From: Chloroflexota bacterium
GTDB lineage: Bacteria > Chloroflexota > Dormibacteria > Aeolococcales > Aeolococcaceae
NCBI GenBank assembly: GCA_005880445.1
Contig: VBGJ01000148.1
Coordinates: 1-42,137, forward strand
Reading direction: 5' to 3'
Length of the DNA: 42,137 bases
The notes beneath the pieces were generated by a model. The model did not search any database and was not told where the DNA came from. It saw only the letters and a program-made list of their open reading frames with translations. The position numbers and the translations under genes were made by a program. Numbering within the stretch: the first letter of the stretch is position 1; each line of letters opens with the position of its first letter. Of the stretch, positions 21,458-29,873 are shown in pieces.

Positions 21458-21649
21458 ATGCGCTTCCCCCTAGGTCGTAAAGGCCTTGTCGCCGCCGGCG
21501 CCGCCGCAGGTGCGCTCGCCTTCTGGAAAGTCCGGTCTCGTCGCCGTGAGCAGGAGGATCGTGAGTGGGAGGCCGAGGTGGCCGGCGCCGTCGATGAGGG
21601 CCGCTCGGCCGCCGATGCAGCCACAACCGGGGAGAGTGGAAGCGGCTAG
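21458..21649 (+). CDS. Small single-TM hypothetical protein
   Basis: 63 aa; AGGAG SD upstream; hydrophobic GLVAAGAAAGALAFW followed by a basic then acidic helix. Confidence 0.65.
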   Translation: MRFPLGRKGLVAAGAAAGALAFWKVRSRRREQEDREWEAEVAGAVDEGRSAADAATTGESGSG

Positions 21650-21659
21650 CCGGGCGCAC

Positions 21660-21686
21660 GGTTTCGGCGTGGATTCGATGGGGTAT
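21660..21686 (+). promoter_or_regulatory. SigB/SigF-type promoter GGTTT-N16-GGGTAT
   Basis: GTTT at 21661-21664 and GGGTAT at 21681-21686 match the Bacillus SigB / mycobacterial SigF consensus, directly upstream of the anti-sigma/sigma pair. Confidence 0.75.
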
Positions 21687-21698
21687 TCCCCATCTGAG

Positions 21699-22148
21699 AT
21701 GGCCGAGATCTCCGAGCTCCGTCTGCCCGCGGATCGCGCGTACGTCGTGGTCGCCAAGCGGGCCGCGGGCGCGATCGGCTCGGTGGCGGGCTTTGATCTC
21801 GACGCCGTCGACGATCTGACGATCGCGGTGGCCCAGGCGTTCGAGAACGCGATCAGCTGCCTGGAACGGTCGGGCTTCCTGACCGGGCAGGTGCGCATCT
21901 CGTTCAAGCACGACCGGCGTGGCCTCGACGTCCGGGTCCGGTCGACGGTGAGCCACGACGCCGAGGTTGGAGCCCGCGAGCGGGTTCAGGCGGCCGCTGC
22001 CGTGGCCACCCAGGCGGACGCCGAGGTGGCGGCCGCCACCGATCTCGCGCTGCGCCTGATGGGGCTCTTCGTCGATGACAGCAGCTATCGCGTCGACGAG
22101 CGCACGGGAGGGCTGCGCGTTCGGCTGACCAAGTACCGCGTCTCGTGA
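21699..22148 (+). CDS. RsbW/SpoIIAB-like anti-sigma factor with degenerate ATP-binding boxes
   Basis: ELRLPA...FDLDAVDDLTIAVAQAFENAI...LMGLFVDD...VRLTKY follows the RsbW layout; overlaps the sigma factor start. ATG 21699 lies downstream of the predicted promoter. Confidence 0.8.
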   Translation: MAEISELRLPADRAYVVVAKRAAGAIGSVAGFDLDAVDDLTIAVAQAFENAISCLERSGFLTGQVRISFKHDRRGLDVRVRSTVSHDAEVGARERVQAAAAVATQADAEVAAATDLALRLMGLFVDDSSYRVDERTGGLRVRLTKYRVS

Positions 22149-22963
22149 CGCCGGCGCCGCGGCGCGGCGGCGCGGCGACGCGGGAGCGCACGCTGGCCAA
22201 GCCGGCGCCGAGCGCGGAACGTGACGAGACGCAGCGTCTGCTCCGCGAGTACCGGACCACCCGCGACCCTCGCGTCCGTGAGCGCCTGGTCGAGCTGAAC
22301 AGCGATCTCGTCCACTACATCGCCCGCCGCTTTGCCAACCGAGGGGAGCCGCTCGAGGACATCGAGCAGGTGGGCTTCGTCGGTCTGATCCAGGCGATCG
22401 AGCGATTCGATCCCTCGCTGGAGAACGAGTTCAGCACGTTCGCCACGCCGACCATCGCCGGGGAGATCCGCCGGTACTTCCGCGACCGCTCCTGGGCGGT
22501 GCGCGTGCCGCGACGGCTGCAGGAGAACCTGATCCGGGTCAACGGCGCCTCGCAGCAGCTGCAGCACGAGCTCGGCCGGGCACCGTCGATCCCGGAGATC
22601 GCGGCTCGCCTCGGCATCGAGCCGGACGAGGTGCTCGCCGCGTTGGAGGTGTCGCCGGCGCAGCACACGGTCTCCCTGGAGTCGACGGGCAGCTCGCTCG
22701 GAGAGGATACGGCGACGCTCGGAGAGCGGCTGGGTCGAGAAGACGAGAATCTGGAGCGCGTCGAAGCGCAGGAGATGCTCGAGCGGGTGATGTCGCATCT
22801 CACGCCGCGTGAGCGCAAGATCCTCGCCCTCCGTTTCGTCGAGCAGCTTCCCCAGACCGAGGTGGCCAAGCGGCTGGGCATCTCCCAGATGCACGTCTCC
22901 CGTCTGCAGCGGGCCGCGGTGGAACACCTGCGCAGGGAGTTCGGCGACCAGGCTCCGGCGTGA
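22145..22963 (+). CDS. SigB/SigF/SigG family RNA polymerase sigma factor
   Basis: RGEPLEDIEQVG..GLIQAIERFDP, FSTFATPTIAGEIRRYFRD.SWAVRVPRRLQE, Q.EVAKRLGISQMHVSRL. Confidence 0.95.
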   Translation: MTPAPRRGGAATRERTLAKPAPSAERDETQRLLREYRTTRDPRVRERLVELNSDLVHYIARRFANRGEPLEDIEQVGFVGLIQAIERFDPSLENEFSTFATPTIAGEIRRYFRDRSWAVRVPRRLQENLIRVNGASQQLQHELGRAPSIPEIAARLGIEPDEVLAALEVSPAQHTVSLESTGSSLGEDTATLGERLGREDENLERVEAQEMLERVMSHLTPRERKILALRFVEQLPQTEVAKRLGISQMHVSRLQRAAVEHLRREFGDQAPA

Positions 22964-23041
22964 TCCAAACCGCGCGATCGGGTTTCAGGTCACGATGGCC
23001 GCCGCTGGTTAGAATCGGCACGTAGCTTCCGAGCACATTCC

Positions 23042-25639
23042 ATGCGCAGCCAAGACATCCGGGAGCGTTTCCTGCGCTTCTTCGAGGAGCGTGGGCACCA
23101 TCGCCTTCCCAGCGAGTCGCTCATACCCCACGACGATCAGTCGCTTCTCTTCACCGTGGCCGGCATGGTCCCGCTCAAGCCGTACATCTCAGGGGCGCGG
23201 AGGCCGCCGTCGCCGCGGCTGGTGTCGTGCCAGAAATGCTTTCGAGGAGCCGGCCTGAAATACGACGACATCTCGTCCGTCGGCGACACCACCCGCAACT
23301 CGTTCTTCGAGATGCTCGGCAACTGGTCGATCGGCGACTATTTCAAAGAGGGAGCCATCGACTACGCGTGGGAGCTCGCCACCGGCGAGTTCGGCCTTGA
23401 TCCGTCACGGATCTGGGTCAGCGTGTACCCGGACGACACGACCGCGGAGCTGCTCTGGACCGACAAGATCGGCGTGCCGCGGGAACGCGTCGCCAGGCTC
23501 ACCGACAACTGGTGGGCGGCCGGCCCGACCGGACCCTGCGGCTACGACAGCGAGATGTACTGGGATTGGGGACCACCATGCTCGTGCGGCCGCGCCGCGT
23601 GCACCCTCCAGGACGAATGCAACGGCGACCGCTGGGTCGAGTTCTGGAATCTCGTGTTCATGGAATTCGACCAGCAGGAAGACGGGTCGCGACCCCTGCT
23701 CCCGAAGCCGACGGTGGACACCGGCATGGGGCTCGAACGCTTCGTCGCCGTCCTGCAGGGCAAGCGCAGCATCTATGACACGGATCTCTTCGTGCCGCTC
23801 GTCACCGGCTTTCGTGGCCGCGCCCCGGACGGTCCTGAGACGCCGGAGCGCATCCGGGCGTTCAACGTGCTCGCCGACCACCTGCGCGGCGCCGCATTCC
23901 TGATCGCGGCCGGCGTCCTGCCCTCCAACGAGGGGCGCGGCTACGTGCTCCGCCGCCTGGTGCGCAGGGCAGCCATCCGCGCCCGGAGCGTGCAGGCTCG
24001 CGGCGGGCTGGCCGCCGGCACGCGCGAGTTGGTGGCGGTCATGGGGCCGGTGTACCCGGAGCTGGTCGAGCACGACGACCTGATCGAGGAGACGCTGCGG
24101 GCCGAGGAGGAGACGTTTGCCCGGACCGTCGAGGCTGCGTCGAAACGGTTCGAGGAGATCATCGGCGCCGCGGCCGGGCGCATCGCAGGCGATGACGCGT
24201 TTCGCCTCTACGATACCTTCGGCTTGCCGATCGAGTTAACCATCGAGATGGCAGCCGAGCGCGGGGCGACGGTGGACACCGATGGCTTCCGCCTCGCCAT
24301 GGAAGGACAGCGGTCCCAGAGCCGAAAGGCGCACGAGCGTGTGGGCTTCGGTGGCCTGACCTTGCCCGCGACGCGTTTTGTCGGCTACGAGACGCTGGAG
24401 GCCGAGGCCCGCGTGCTTCGCATCGGGGTGCCCGACGAGCTCGCCGTGCTGCCGGCCGGGCAGACCGGCGCGGTACTTCTCGACGTGAGCCCCTTCTACG
24501 CCGAGGCGGGGGGGCAGATCGGCGACACCGGCCAGCTGCGGTGGGACGACGGGCGGGCCGCGGTGCTCGACACCACGTACGTGCCCGGCACCGATGCGCG
24601 CCTGCACGCGGTGCGCGTCGAGACCGGCGAGCTTCGCCAGGGGGCGACCGTGCACGCGAGCGTTGACGCGGCCCGCCGGGCGCAGATCGCGCGACACCAC
24701 TCGGCGACGCATCTGCTCAACCGCGCGCTCCGCGAAGTGCTCGGTGACAGGGTGGTGCAGCGCGGTTCGTTGGTGGGCCCCGAGCACACGACGTTCGATT
24801 TCTCCTTTGCTCGCGCGCTGTCGGCGGAGGAGGTCGCAGAGATCGAGCACCTCGTCAACGACGCGGTGCGTCGCGATCTGCCGCGCACGGTCAGCGAGAT
24901 GTCGCTTGCGGAGGCTCGCGCCAGCGGGGCTGTTGCGCTGATCGACGAGAAGTACGCAGAGGTGGTCCGCGTGGTGGATTTCGGTGGCTGGTCGCGCGAG
25001 CTGTGTGGCGGCACGCACGTCGCGCGAACCGGAGAGCTTGGCGCGGCCATCGTCGTCTCGGAGTCGAGCATCGGTCAGGGGATACGGCGCATAGAGCTGG
25101 TGGCAGGCGAGGCGGCCGAGCGTCGCTGGCGCGACACGGGTGCGGCGCTCCAGGCGACGGCGCGCGCGTTGCGCGCACGCCTGGAAGAGGTTCCCGAGCG
25201 GGTTGCGCTGCTCCAGGAGCAGAACCGGCGCCTCGCGCGCGACGTCGAAGCTGCCCGGCGCAGCGCCGGCTCTGGAGGGGGGGTGCAGAGCGTGGAGCTG
25301 GAAGACATCTCCGGCATCCAGCTGGCGCATGCAACACTCGACGCCGGCGGCGCCGACGGCGTGCGCGACATCGCGGACCGCCTGTTTGCGGAGCGGCTCA
25401 ACGGCGATGGCGTCGCCGTCGTGCTTGGCGGTTCGACGCTCGCCGTGAAGGTTGGCGGACGTGCGCTCGACGCCGGCATCGACGCCGGCCAGCTCGTGCG
25501 GGCCGCGTCCGAGATCACGGGGGCGCGCGGCGGAGGCCGCAAGGACTTCGCCAGCGGTGGGGTGGGGGACCCGGCGAAGCGCGATGCCGCGCTCGCGTCG
25601 ATCCGAGAGGCGGTGGCGCGCGCCGCAAAGGCGCCCTGA
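23042..25639 (+). CDS. alaS: Alanine--tRNA ligase
   Basis: LLFTVAGM, FFEMLGNWS.GDYFK, GPCG, VDTGMGLER, FRLYDTFG, HSATHLL and ELCGGTH editing motifs, GGG C-terminal domain. Confidence 0.98.
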   Translation: MRSQDIRERFLRFFEERGHHRLPSESLIPHDDQSLLFTVAGMVPLKPYISGARRPPSPRLVSCQKCFRGAGLKYDDISSVGDTTRNSFFEMLGNWSIGDYFKEGAIDYAWELATGEFGLDPSRIWVSVYPDDTTAELLWTDKIGVPRERVARLTDNWWAAGPTGPCGYDSEMYWDWGPPCSCGRAACTLQDECNGDRWVEFWNLVFMEFDQQEDGSRPLLPKPTVDTGMGLERFVAVLQGKRSIYDTDLFVPLVTGFRGRAPDGPETPERIRAFNVLADHLRGAAFLIAAGVLPSNEGRGYVLRRLVRRAAIRARSVQARGGLAAGTRELVAVMGPVYPELVEHDDLIEETLRAEEETFARTVEAASKRFEEIIGAAAGRIAGDDAFRLYDTFGLPIELTIEMAAERGATVDTDGFRLAMEGQRSQSRKAHERVGFGGLTLPATRFVGYETLEAEARVLRIGVPDELAVLPAGQTGAVLLDVSPFYAEAGGQIGDTGQLRWDDGRAAVLDTTYVPGTDARLHAVRVETGELRQGATVHASVDAARRAQIARHHSATHLLNRALREVLGDRVVQRGSLVGPEHTTFDFSFARALSAEEVAEIEHLVNDAVRRDLPRTVSEMSLAEARASGAVALIDEKYAEVVRVVDFGGWSRELCGGTHVARTGELGAAIVVSESSIGQGIRRIELVAGEAAERRWRDTGAALQATARALRARLEEVPERVALLQEQNRRLARDVEAARRSAGSGGGVQSVELEDISGIQLAHATLDAGGADGVRDIADRLFAERLNGDGVAVVLGGSTLAVKVGGRALDAGIDAGQLVRAASEITGARGGGRKDFASGGVGDPAKRDAALASIREAVARAAKAP

Positions 25640-26904
25640 TGTCGAAACGCAAGTTCCAATTGCTGCGGCGCCGCGAAGAGTTCAAGACGCACTACACCGT
25701 GCTCGACATCGGCACGGAGTTCGTCAAAGCGCTGGTGGTGAAGCGCGAGGACGACAAGGGCATCGTGCTCGGCGTGGGCAAGGTGCGTCAGGCGGTGATG
25801 CACATGCAGGCGGGAGCGGTCGCGGACATCCAATCGGTGATCGACAACTGCGACCGTGCGCTCACCGAGGCGGAGGACATGTGCGAGACCATCCCGGGCC
25901 AGGCGGTGATCGGCATCGCCGGTGAGCAGGTGCGCGGCTTCAGCACGACGATGACCATGCCGCGCCCGCAGCCGCAGGCACGCATCACGCAGGCGGACAT
26001 CGCCACCGCGCTGCAGGCGGTGCAGCGCCGCGCATTGCGCGAGGCGGTTCGGCAGATGTCTCAGGATCTCGGCGTGTCGGAGATCAATGTGAAGCTGGTG
26101 CACAGCACGATCACGCACGTGCGCATCGACGGCTACGGCGTGAGCAACCCCGTCGACTTTCAGGGCCACATCCTCGAGATCACCGTTTTCAACACCTTCG
26201 CACCGCTCACGCACATCGGCGCTCTGCAGACGATCGCACAGGAGCTCGATCTCGAGTTGGTGGCGACCGTGGCCGAACCGTATGCGCTCGCTCGCGGCTG
26301 CGCCAGCGAGGAGACGCAGGAGCTCGGCGGCATCTTCGTCGACATTGGCGGCGGCACCACCGACATCGCGCTGGTGCGCAACGGCGGGATCGAATCCACG
26401 CGGATGTTTGCGCTGGGAGGTCGTTCGTTCACCAAGCGTCTGGCCACCGATCTTTCGATGCCGCTCGAGGAGGCCGAGCGCTTCAAACTCGCGCACGCGG
26501 AGCACCGTCTCGCAACCGATCAGAGCGTGATGGCGCATCGCAGCGTGACGCCCACGGCCGAGGTGCTCGCCCAGGGCGTCGCGCTCAGCCTGGAGGAGCT
26601 GGCCGGTCAGGATCCGCTGCCGCCCGCCCTCTTCCTCGCGGGAGGCGGCGCCGCGCTGCCCGAGGTGGTCGACCAGCTCCGCGCGATCGACTGGACCGCG
26701 ACCGTGCCCTTCAACCACACACCGTCGGTCAAGCTGCTCGGCCCCGACGACGTGCGCGGCGTGTACGACACCACCGGGCTTCTGGTCGGATCGCAAGACG
26801 TGACGCCGATGGGCCTGGCACGCCACGCGATCACGCTGGAAGATGAGGCCGACGAGCCACTCGGCGGTCTCATGCGCCGGGTGCTCAAGACGATGAGGGT
26901 CTGA
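25639..26904 (+). CDS. FtsA-like actin-fold ATPase (orphan paralog, outside the dcw cluster)
   Basis: LDIGTEFVKA, AEPYALA, VDIGGGTTD, GGRSFT..LA, EAERFK, LAGGGAALP, TPMGLA; 1C-like IDG.V.NP..F.G..LE; C-terminal amphipathic LGGLMRRVLKTMRV; TGATG overlaps at both ends. Confidence 0.85.
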   Translation: MSKRKFQLLRRREEFKTHYTVLDIGTEFVKALVVKREDDKGIVLGVGKVRQAVMHMQAGAVADIQSVIDNCDRALTEAEDMCETIPGQAVIGIAGEQVRGFSTTMTMPRPQPQARITQADIATALQAVQRRALREAVRQMSQDLGVSEINVKLVHSTITHVRIDGYGVSNPVDFQGHILEITVFNTFAPLTHIGALQTIAQELDLELVATVAEPYALARGCASEETQELGGIFVDIGGGTTDIALVRNGGIESTRMFALGGRSFTKRLATDLSMPLEEAERFKLAHAEHRLATDQSVMAHRSVTPTAEVLAQGVALSLEELAGQDPLPPALFLAGGGAALPEVVDQLRAIDWTATVPFNHTPSVKLLGPDDVRGVYDTTGLLVGSQDVTPMGLARHAITLEDEADEPLGGLMRRVLKTMRV

Positions 26905-27608
26905 TGCCGGTTGTAGTACTCGCCCGCACCGACGATGAGATCGCCGACCTGATCGACCTGGTTCGATCTGCGAAGGATCCCGAGGTCGGCCTCGTACTTC
27001 CGGCCGGAAACAAGGCGTTCCAGACGCCGCTGAATGCCCGCCTGCTGGGGCAGTTCAGCCGGCAGAACGGCCGCCGCACTGCGATCGTCAGTGATGACGC
27101 CCGCATCCAAGCGCTGGCTCGGGCCAACGGTTTCGGCGTCTACACCTCGGTACCGGCATTCGAGCGTGGCATCGAGGCCGCGGTGCCCCGCGAACCGTCG
27201 TACGCCGGGTCGCGCGCTGTCGACGGCGCGCCCGCGGTCACCCGCGCGCCGCTCGGGGCTGGTGCATGGACGGCCGCGGCGACGCTGCAGCCCCCACCCA
27301 CGCGAGCCGTTGCGCCGCCGCCTCCACCACCGCCCGGCCCGGCGGCGCCCACGCGTCCCCACCCCGACACGCGGGGCCCGGCCTTTCCTCCTCACGATGC
27401 GCGGCAATCAGAGGCAAAGGGCCCCGACCGGCGCCGGCCGCTCTATTACGCGGCCGCGGCGGTCGCGGTGGTCGGCCTGCTGCTGTTCTTCGTGTTGGCG
27501 CCGAGCGCAAAGGTCACCTGGAGCAGGCGAACGCCACCCAGGGCTTCACCGCCACTCCTACAGGGCAGAAAACGATCGCGGCAGCAACGTCCGGTGGCTC
27601 TGAGATGA
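26904..27608 (+). CDS. N-terminal part of a bitopic membrane protein (cytoplasmic alpha/beta domain, Pro-rich linker, TM); likely frameshifted near 27517
   Basis: DDEIADLIDLVR...VLP..N..F.TPLNARLL...G.RTAIVSDD..IQALA...GF domain, poly-Pro linker, RRR then TM (YYAAAAVAVVGLLLFFVLAP), SAKVT, after which the sequence looks non-native. Confidence 0.7.
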   Translation: MPVVVLARTDDEIADLIDLVRSAKDPEVGLVLPAGNKAFQTPLNARLLGQFSRQNGRRTAIVSDDARIQALARANGFGVYTSVPAFERGIEAAVPREPSYAGSRAVDGAPAVTRAPLGAGAWTAAATLQPPPTRAVAPPPPPPPGPAAPTRPHPDTRGPAFPPHDARQSEAKGPDRRRPLYYAAAAVAVVGLLLFFVLAPSAKVTWSRRTPPRASPPLLQGRKRSRQQRPVALR

Positions 27609-28585
27609 TCTCGACCACCGCGCCCGGCGGAGCGCAGTTTCCGCTGCAGCCGGGCGACACATTCCAGACCGCGGATCACGTCCTAACGTTTGTGGTCACG
27701 CAGGCGACGTACATCTGCATCGGGCCCAACGGCGCACAGCCACCGCCGAGCTCATGCCAGAACATGGGCCAGCCGGCGCCGCCGAACGCGTCGGTCCCGA
27801 TCAAGGATGCAACCCCTGAGGCAAAGGGGAATCTCCCCGCCAACACGCTCACCTACTGGCCGCAGAATCCGTGTCAGCAGCAGCCCGGGCAACCGCCGCC
27901 GGCGTGCAGTCCCGATGAGTTCTCCGTCACCAATCCGCAGCCGACCACCGGCGGGGCGGATCAGAAGCAGGTGACTGTCGCCAGTGCATCGGACGTCAAC
28001 AGCTGGAATCAGCAGGTGACGCAGATCGAAAACACGCTGACGAATCAGGTGACCCAGCAGATGCAGAGCGAGGCGGCCGGCAAGACTTTTGCCGTCGATC
28101 CGTCGGGAGCGGGCAAGACCATCGCCTTTACGGTGAGCCCACAGCTGCCGAATATAGGTGCGCAGTTCTCCCCCGCGCAGGTCACGGTCGCCGTCGCGGC
28201 CAAGGTTGCGGTGTACAGCCCCGCCGACGTGCGAAGAGATCTGATGGCGGACCTGCAAGCGCAGGTGTCACAGGGTGATCAGCTCGCCCCGGGCAAGCTC
28301 AGCATGCAACCGTGTCAGGTGACGCAGGCCTCGGACGACGGCACCGTCATCCTCAGCTGCGCGGCGACCGACTTCAGCCAGCCGATCATCAACCTGACCG
28401 GGCTCAAGTCGCAGCTCGCCGGCAAGAATCCCGGCGATGCCAACAAGATCATCCAGAGCGGAGTGGACAAAGTCCAGGACGTGAAGGTGTCAGAGTTCCC
28501 GTTCTCGCTCTTCTACCTGCCCTTCTTCAGCTCTCGCATCGAGATCGACGAGAACTTCGTACCCCAACCGTCTTCGTCCTCGTGA
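27605..28585 (+). CDS. C-terminal part with baseplate J/gp47-like domain (coding probably begins near 27518 in this frame)
   Basis: KGNLPANTLT...SVTNPQPTTGGAD resembles the baseplate J motif; Q/T/N-rich with paired Cys; ends PFSLFYLPFFSSRIEI; ATG 27605 overlaps the upstream ORF stop (ATGA). Confidence 0.65.
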   Translation: MISTTAPGGAQFPLQPGDTFQTADHVLTFVVTQATYICIGPNGAQPPPSSCQNMGQPAPPNASVPIKDATPEAKGNLPANTLTYWPQNPCQQQPGQPPPACSPDEFSVTNPQPTTGGADQKQVTVASASDVNSWNQQVTQIENTLTNQVTQQMQSEAAGKTFAVDPSGAGKTIAFTVSPQLPNIGAQFSPAQVTVAVAAKVAVYSPADVRRDLMADLQAQVSQGDQLAPGKLSMQPCQVTQASDDGTVILSCAATDFSQPIINLTGLKSQLAGKNPGDANKIIQSGVDKVQDVKVSEFPFSLFYLPFFSSRIEIDENFVPQPSSSS

Positions 28586-29049
28586 CGCGTGCGCCGTTGC
28601 GCGCGACGCCGGGCTCGGTGATCGGGATCGACGCGGGCTCCGTGCGTGTCGGCGTTGCCGCGAGTGATCCCACGCGCACGATCGCCACGCCGGTCGCGAC
28701 CCTCGAACGAACGTCGAACGATTTCTGGGCGCGTCTGCAACGCGAGATCCATGCGCGCGCGGCCACGTCGATCGTGGTGGGGCTGCCGCGGCGCCTCGAC
28801 GGCAGCGAGGGCGAGGCCGCAGCCGGTGCGCGCGAGCTCGCCGCCGATGTCGGGCACCACACCGGCTTGGCAGTTGAGCTCTGGGACGAGCGATTCACCA
28901 CGGCCCAAGCGGAACGGCAGATGATCGCCTCCGGAACGCGCCGGCGCCGGCGCCGGCAGAGGATCGACGCGGTCGCGGCCACGCTGATGCTGCAGAGCTG
29001 GCTCGACGCAGCGGTGGAGGGCGCGAGAGGACGCTCAGAACCGTCGTGA
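28582..29049 (+). CDS. ruvX: YqgF/RuvX family nuclease (pre-16S rRNA nuclease / Holliday junction resolvase-like)
   Basis: IGIDAGSVRVGVAASDP, IVVGLP..LDG, WDERFTT, IDAVAA..MLQSWLD; GTG overlaps the upstream stop. Confidence 0.93.
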   Translation: MTRAPLRATPGSVIGIDAGSVRVGVAASDPTRTIATPVATLERTSNDFWARLQREIHARAATSIVVGLPRRLDGSEGEAAAGARELAADVGHHTGLAVELWDERFTTAQAERQMIASGTRRRRRRQRIDAVAATLMLQSWLDAAVEGARGRSEPS

Positions 29050-29873
29050 CGCGTCGGTTCTGCCTGATCGGAGAGCGTGCCGGCACATCACTCAGCCCGC
29101 TGATGCACAACGCGGCGTTCCAAGCGCGCGGCATCGACGCGGTGTACGAGGGGTTCGATGTCGCACCGGAGCAACTGCCCCATGTGCTCGCGCAGCTCCG
29201 GTCCGGCGTCTACTCGGGCTGCAACGTCACCATGCCGTACAAGGCGGCGGTGGTAGCGGCGTGCGACTGGGTGGAGGGCGACGCAGAGCTGCTTGGCGTG
29301 GTGAACGCGATCACGGTCGAACAGGGAAAGCTGATCGGACAGAACACGGATGCCGAGGGTTTCGAGCTGGCGCTGAGTGTCCAAGGGTTGTGGCCGGTCG
29401 CCGGCTCCACCGCTCTGATCCTGGGCGCCGGCGGTGCCGCCGCGGCGGTCGCTCTGGCGCTGTTGCGCGCGCCAGCCGCTCGCATGGTGATCGCGGCGCG
29501 CCGCACAGAACCGGCGGTCCATCTCGCGGAACGCGTTGCGGCCGGTGCGCGAGTCGATGTGCTCCCCTGGGAAAGGGTGGCAGTGCAGCCCGCTGCGGAG
29601 GGCGCCGACGTTGTCGTCAACGCGACCCCCGCGGGTGTCGCGGAGCTCCCGCTGAGCGTTCACCGTCTCCCACTCTCGTGTACGGTCGCCGACGTGCGCT
29701 ACCGTCCGCGACCCGTCGACCTGGTGGCCGCCGCCACCGACGCCGGGCTTCGTGCCTGCGACGGCCTGGAGATGCTGCTGCAGCAGGGCATGCTCTGCTT
29801 CGAGCGCTGGACGGGCGAGGCGCCCCCGTGGGAGGACGCCCGGGCGGCTCTGCACACGGCAGCCGGCGCGTGA
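29046..29873 (+). CDS. aroE: Shikimate dehydrogenase
   Basis: SLSPLMHNAAF, NVTMPYK, NTDAEGF, LGAGGAA, VNATP, DGLEMLLQQG. Confidence 0.95.
   Translation: MTRRFCLIGERAGTSLSPLMHNAAFQARGIDAVYEGFDVAPEQLPHVLAQLRSGVYSGCNVTMPYKAAVVAACDWVEGDAELLGVVNAITVEQGKLIGQNTDAEGFELALSVQGLWPVAGSTALILGAGGAAAAVALALLRAPAARMVIAARRTEPAVHLAERVAAGARVDVLPWERVAVQPAAEGADVVVNATPAGVAELPLSVHRLPLSCTVADVRYRPRPVDLVAAATDAGLRACDGLEMLLQQGMLCFERWTGEAPPWEDARAALHTAAGA

Noticed and set aside
27518-28585. Prophage or contractile injection system suggested by the baseplate-J-like motif
   Set aside because: No sheath, tube, spike, terminase or integrase genes nearby; the gene is embedded in a housekeeping operon and follows a TM anchor.
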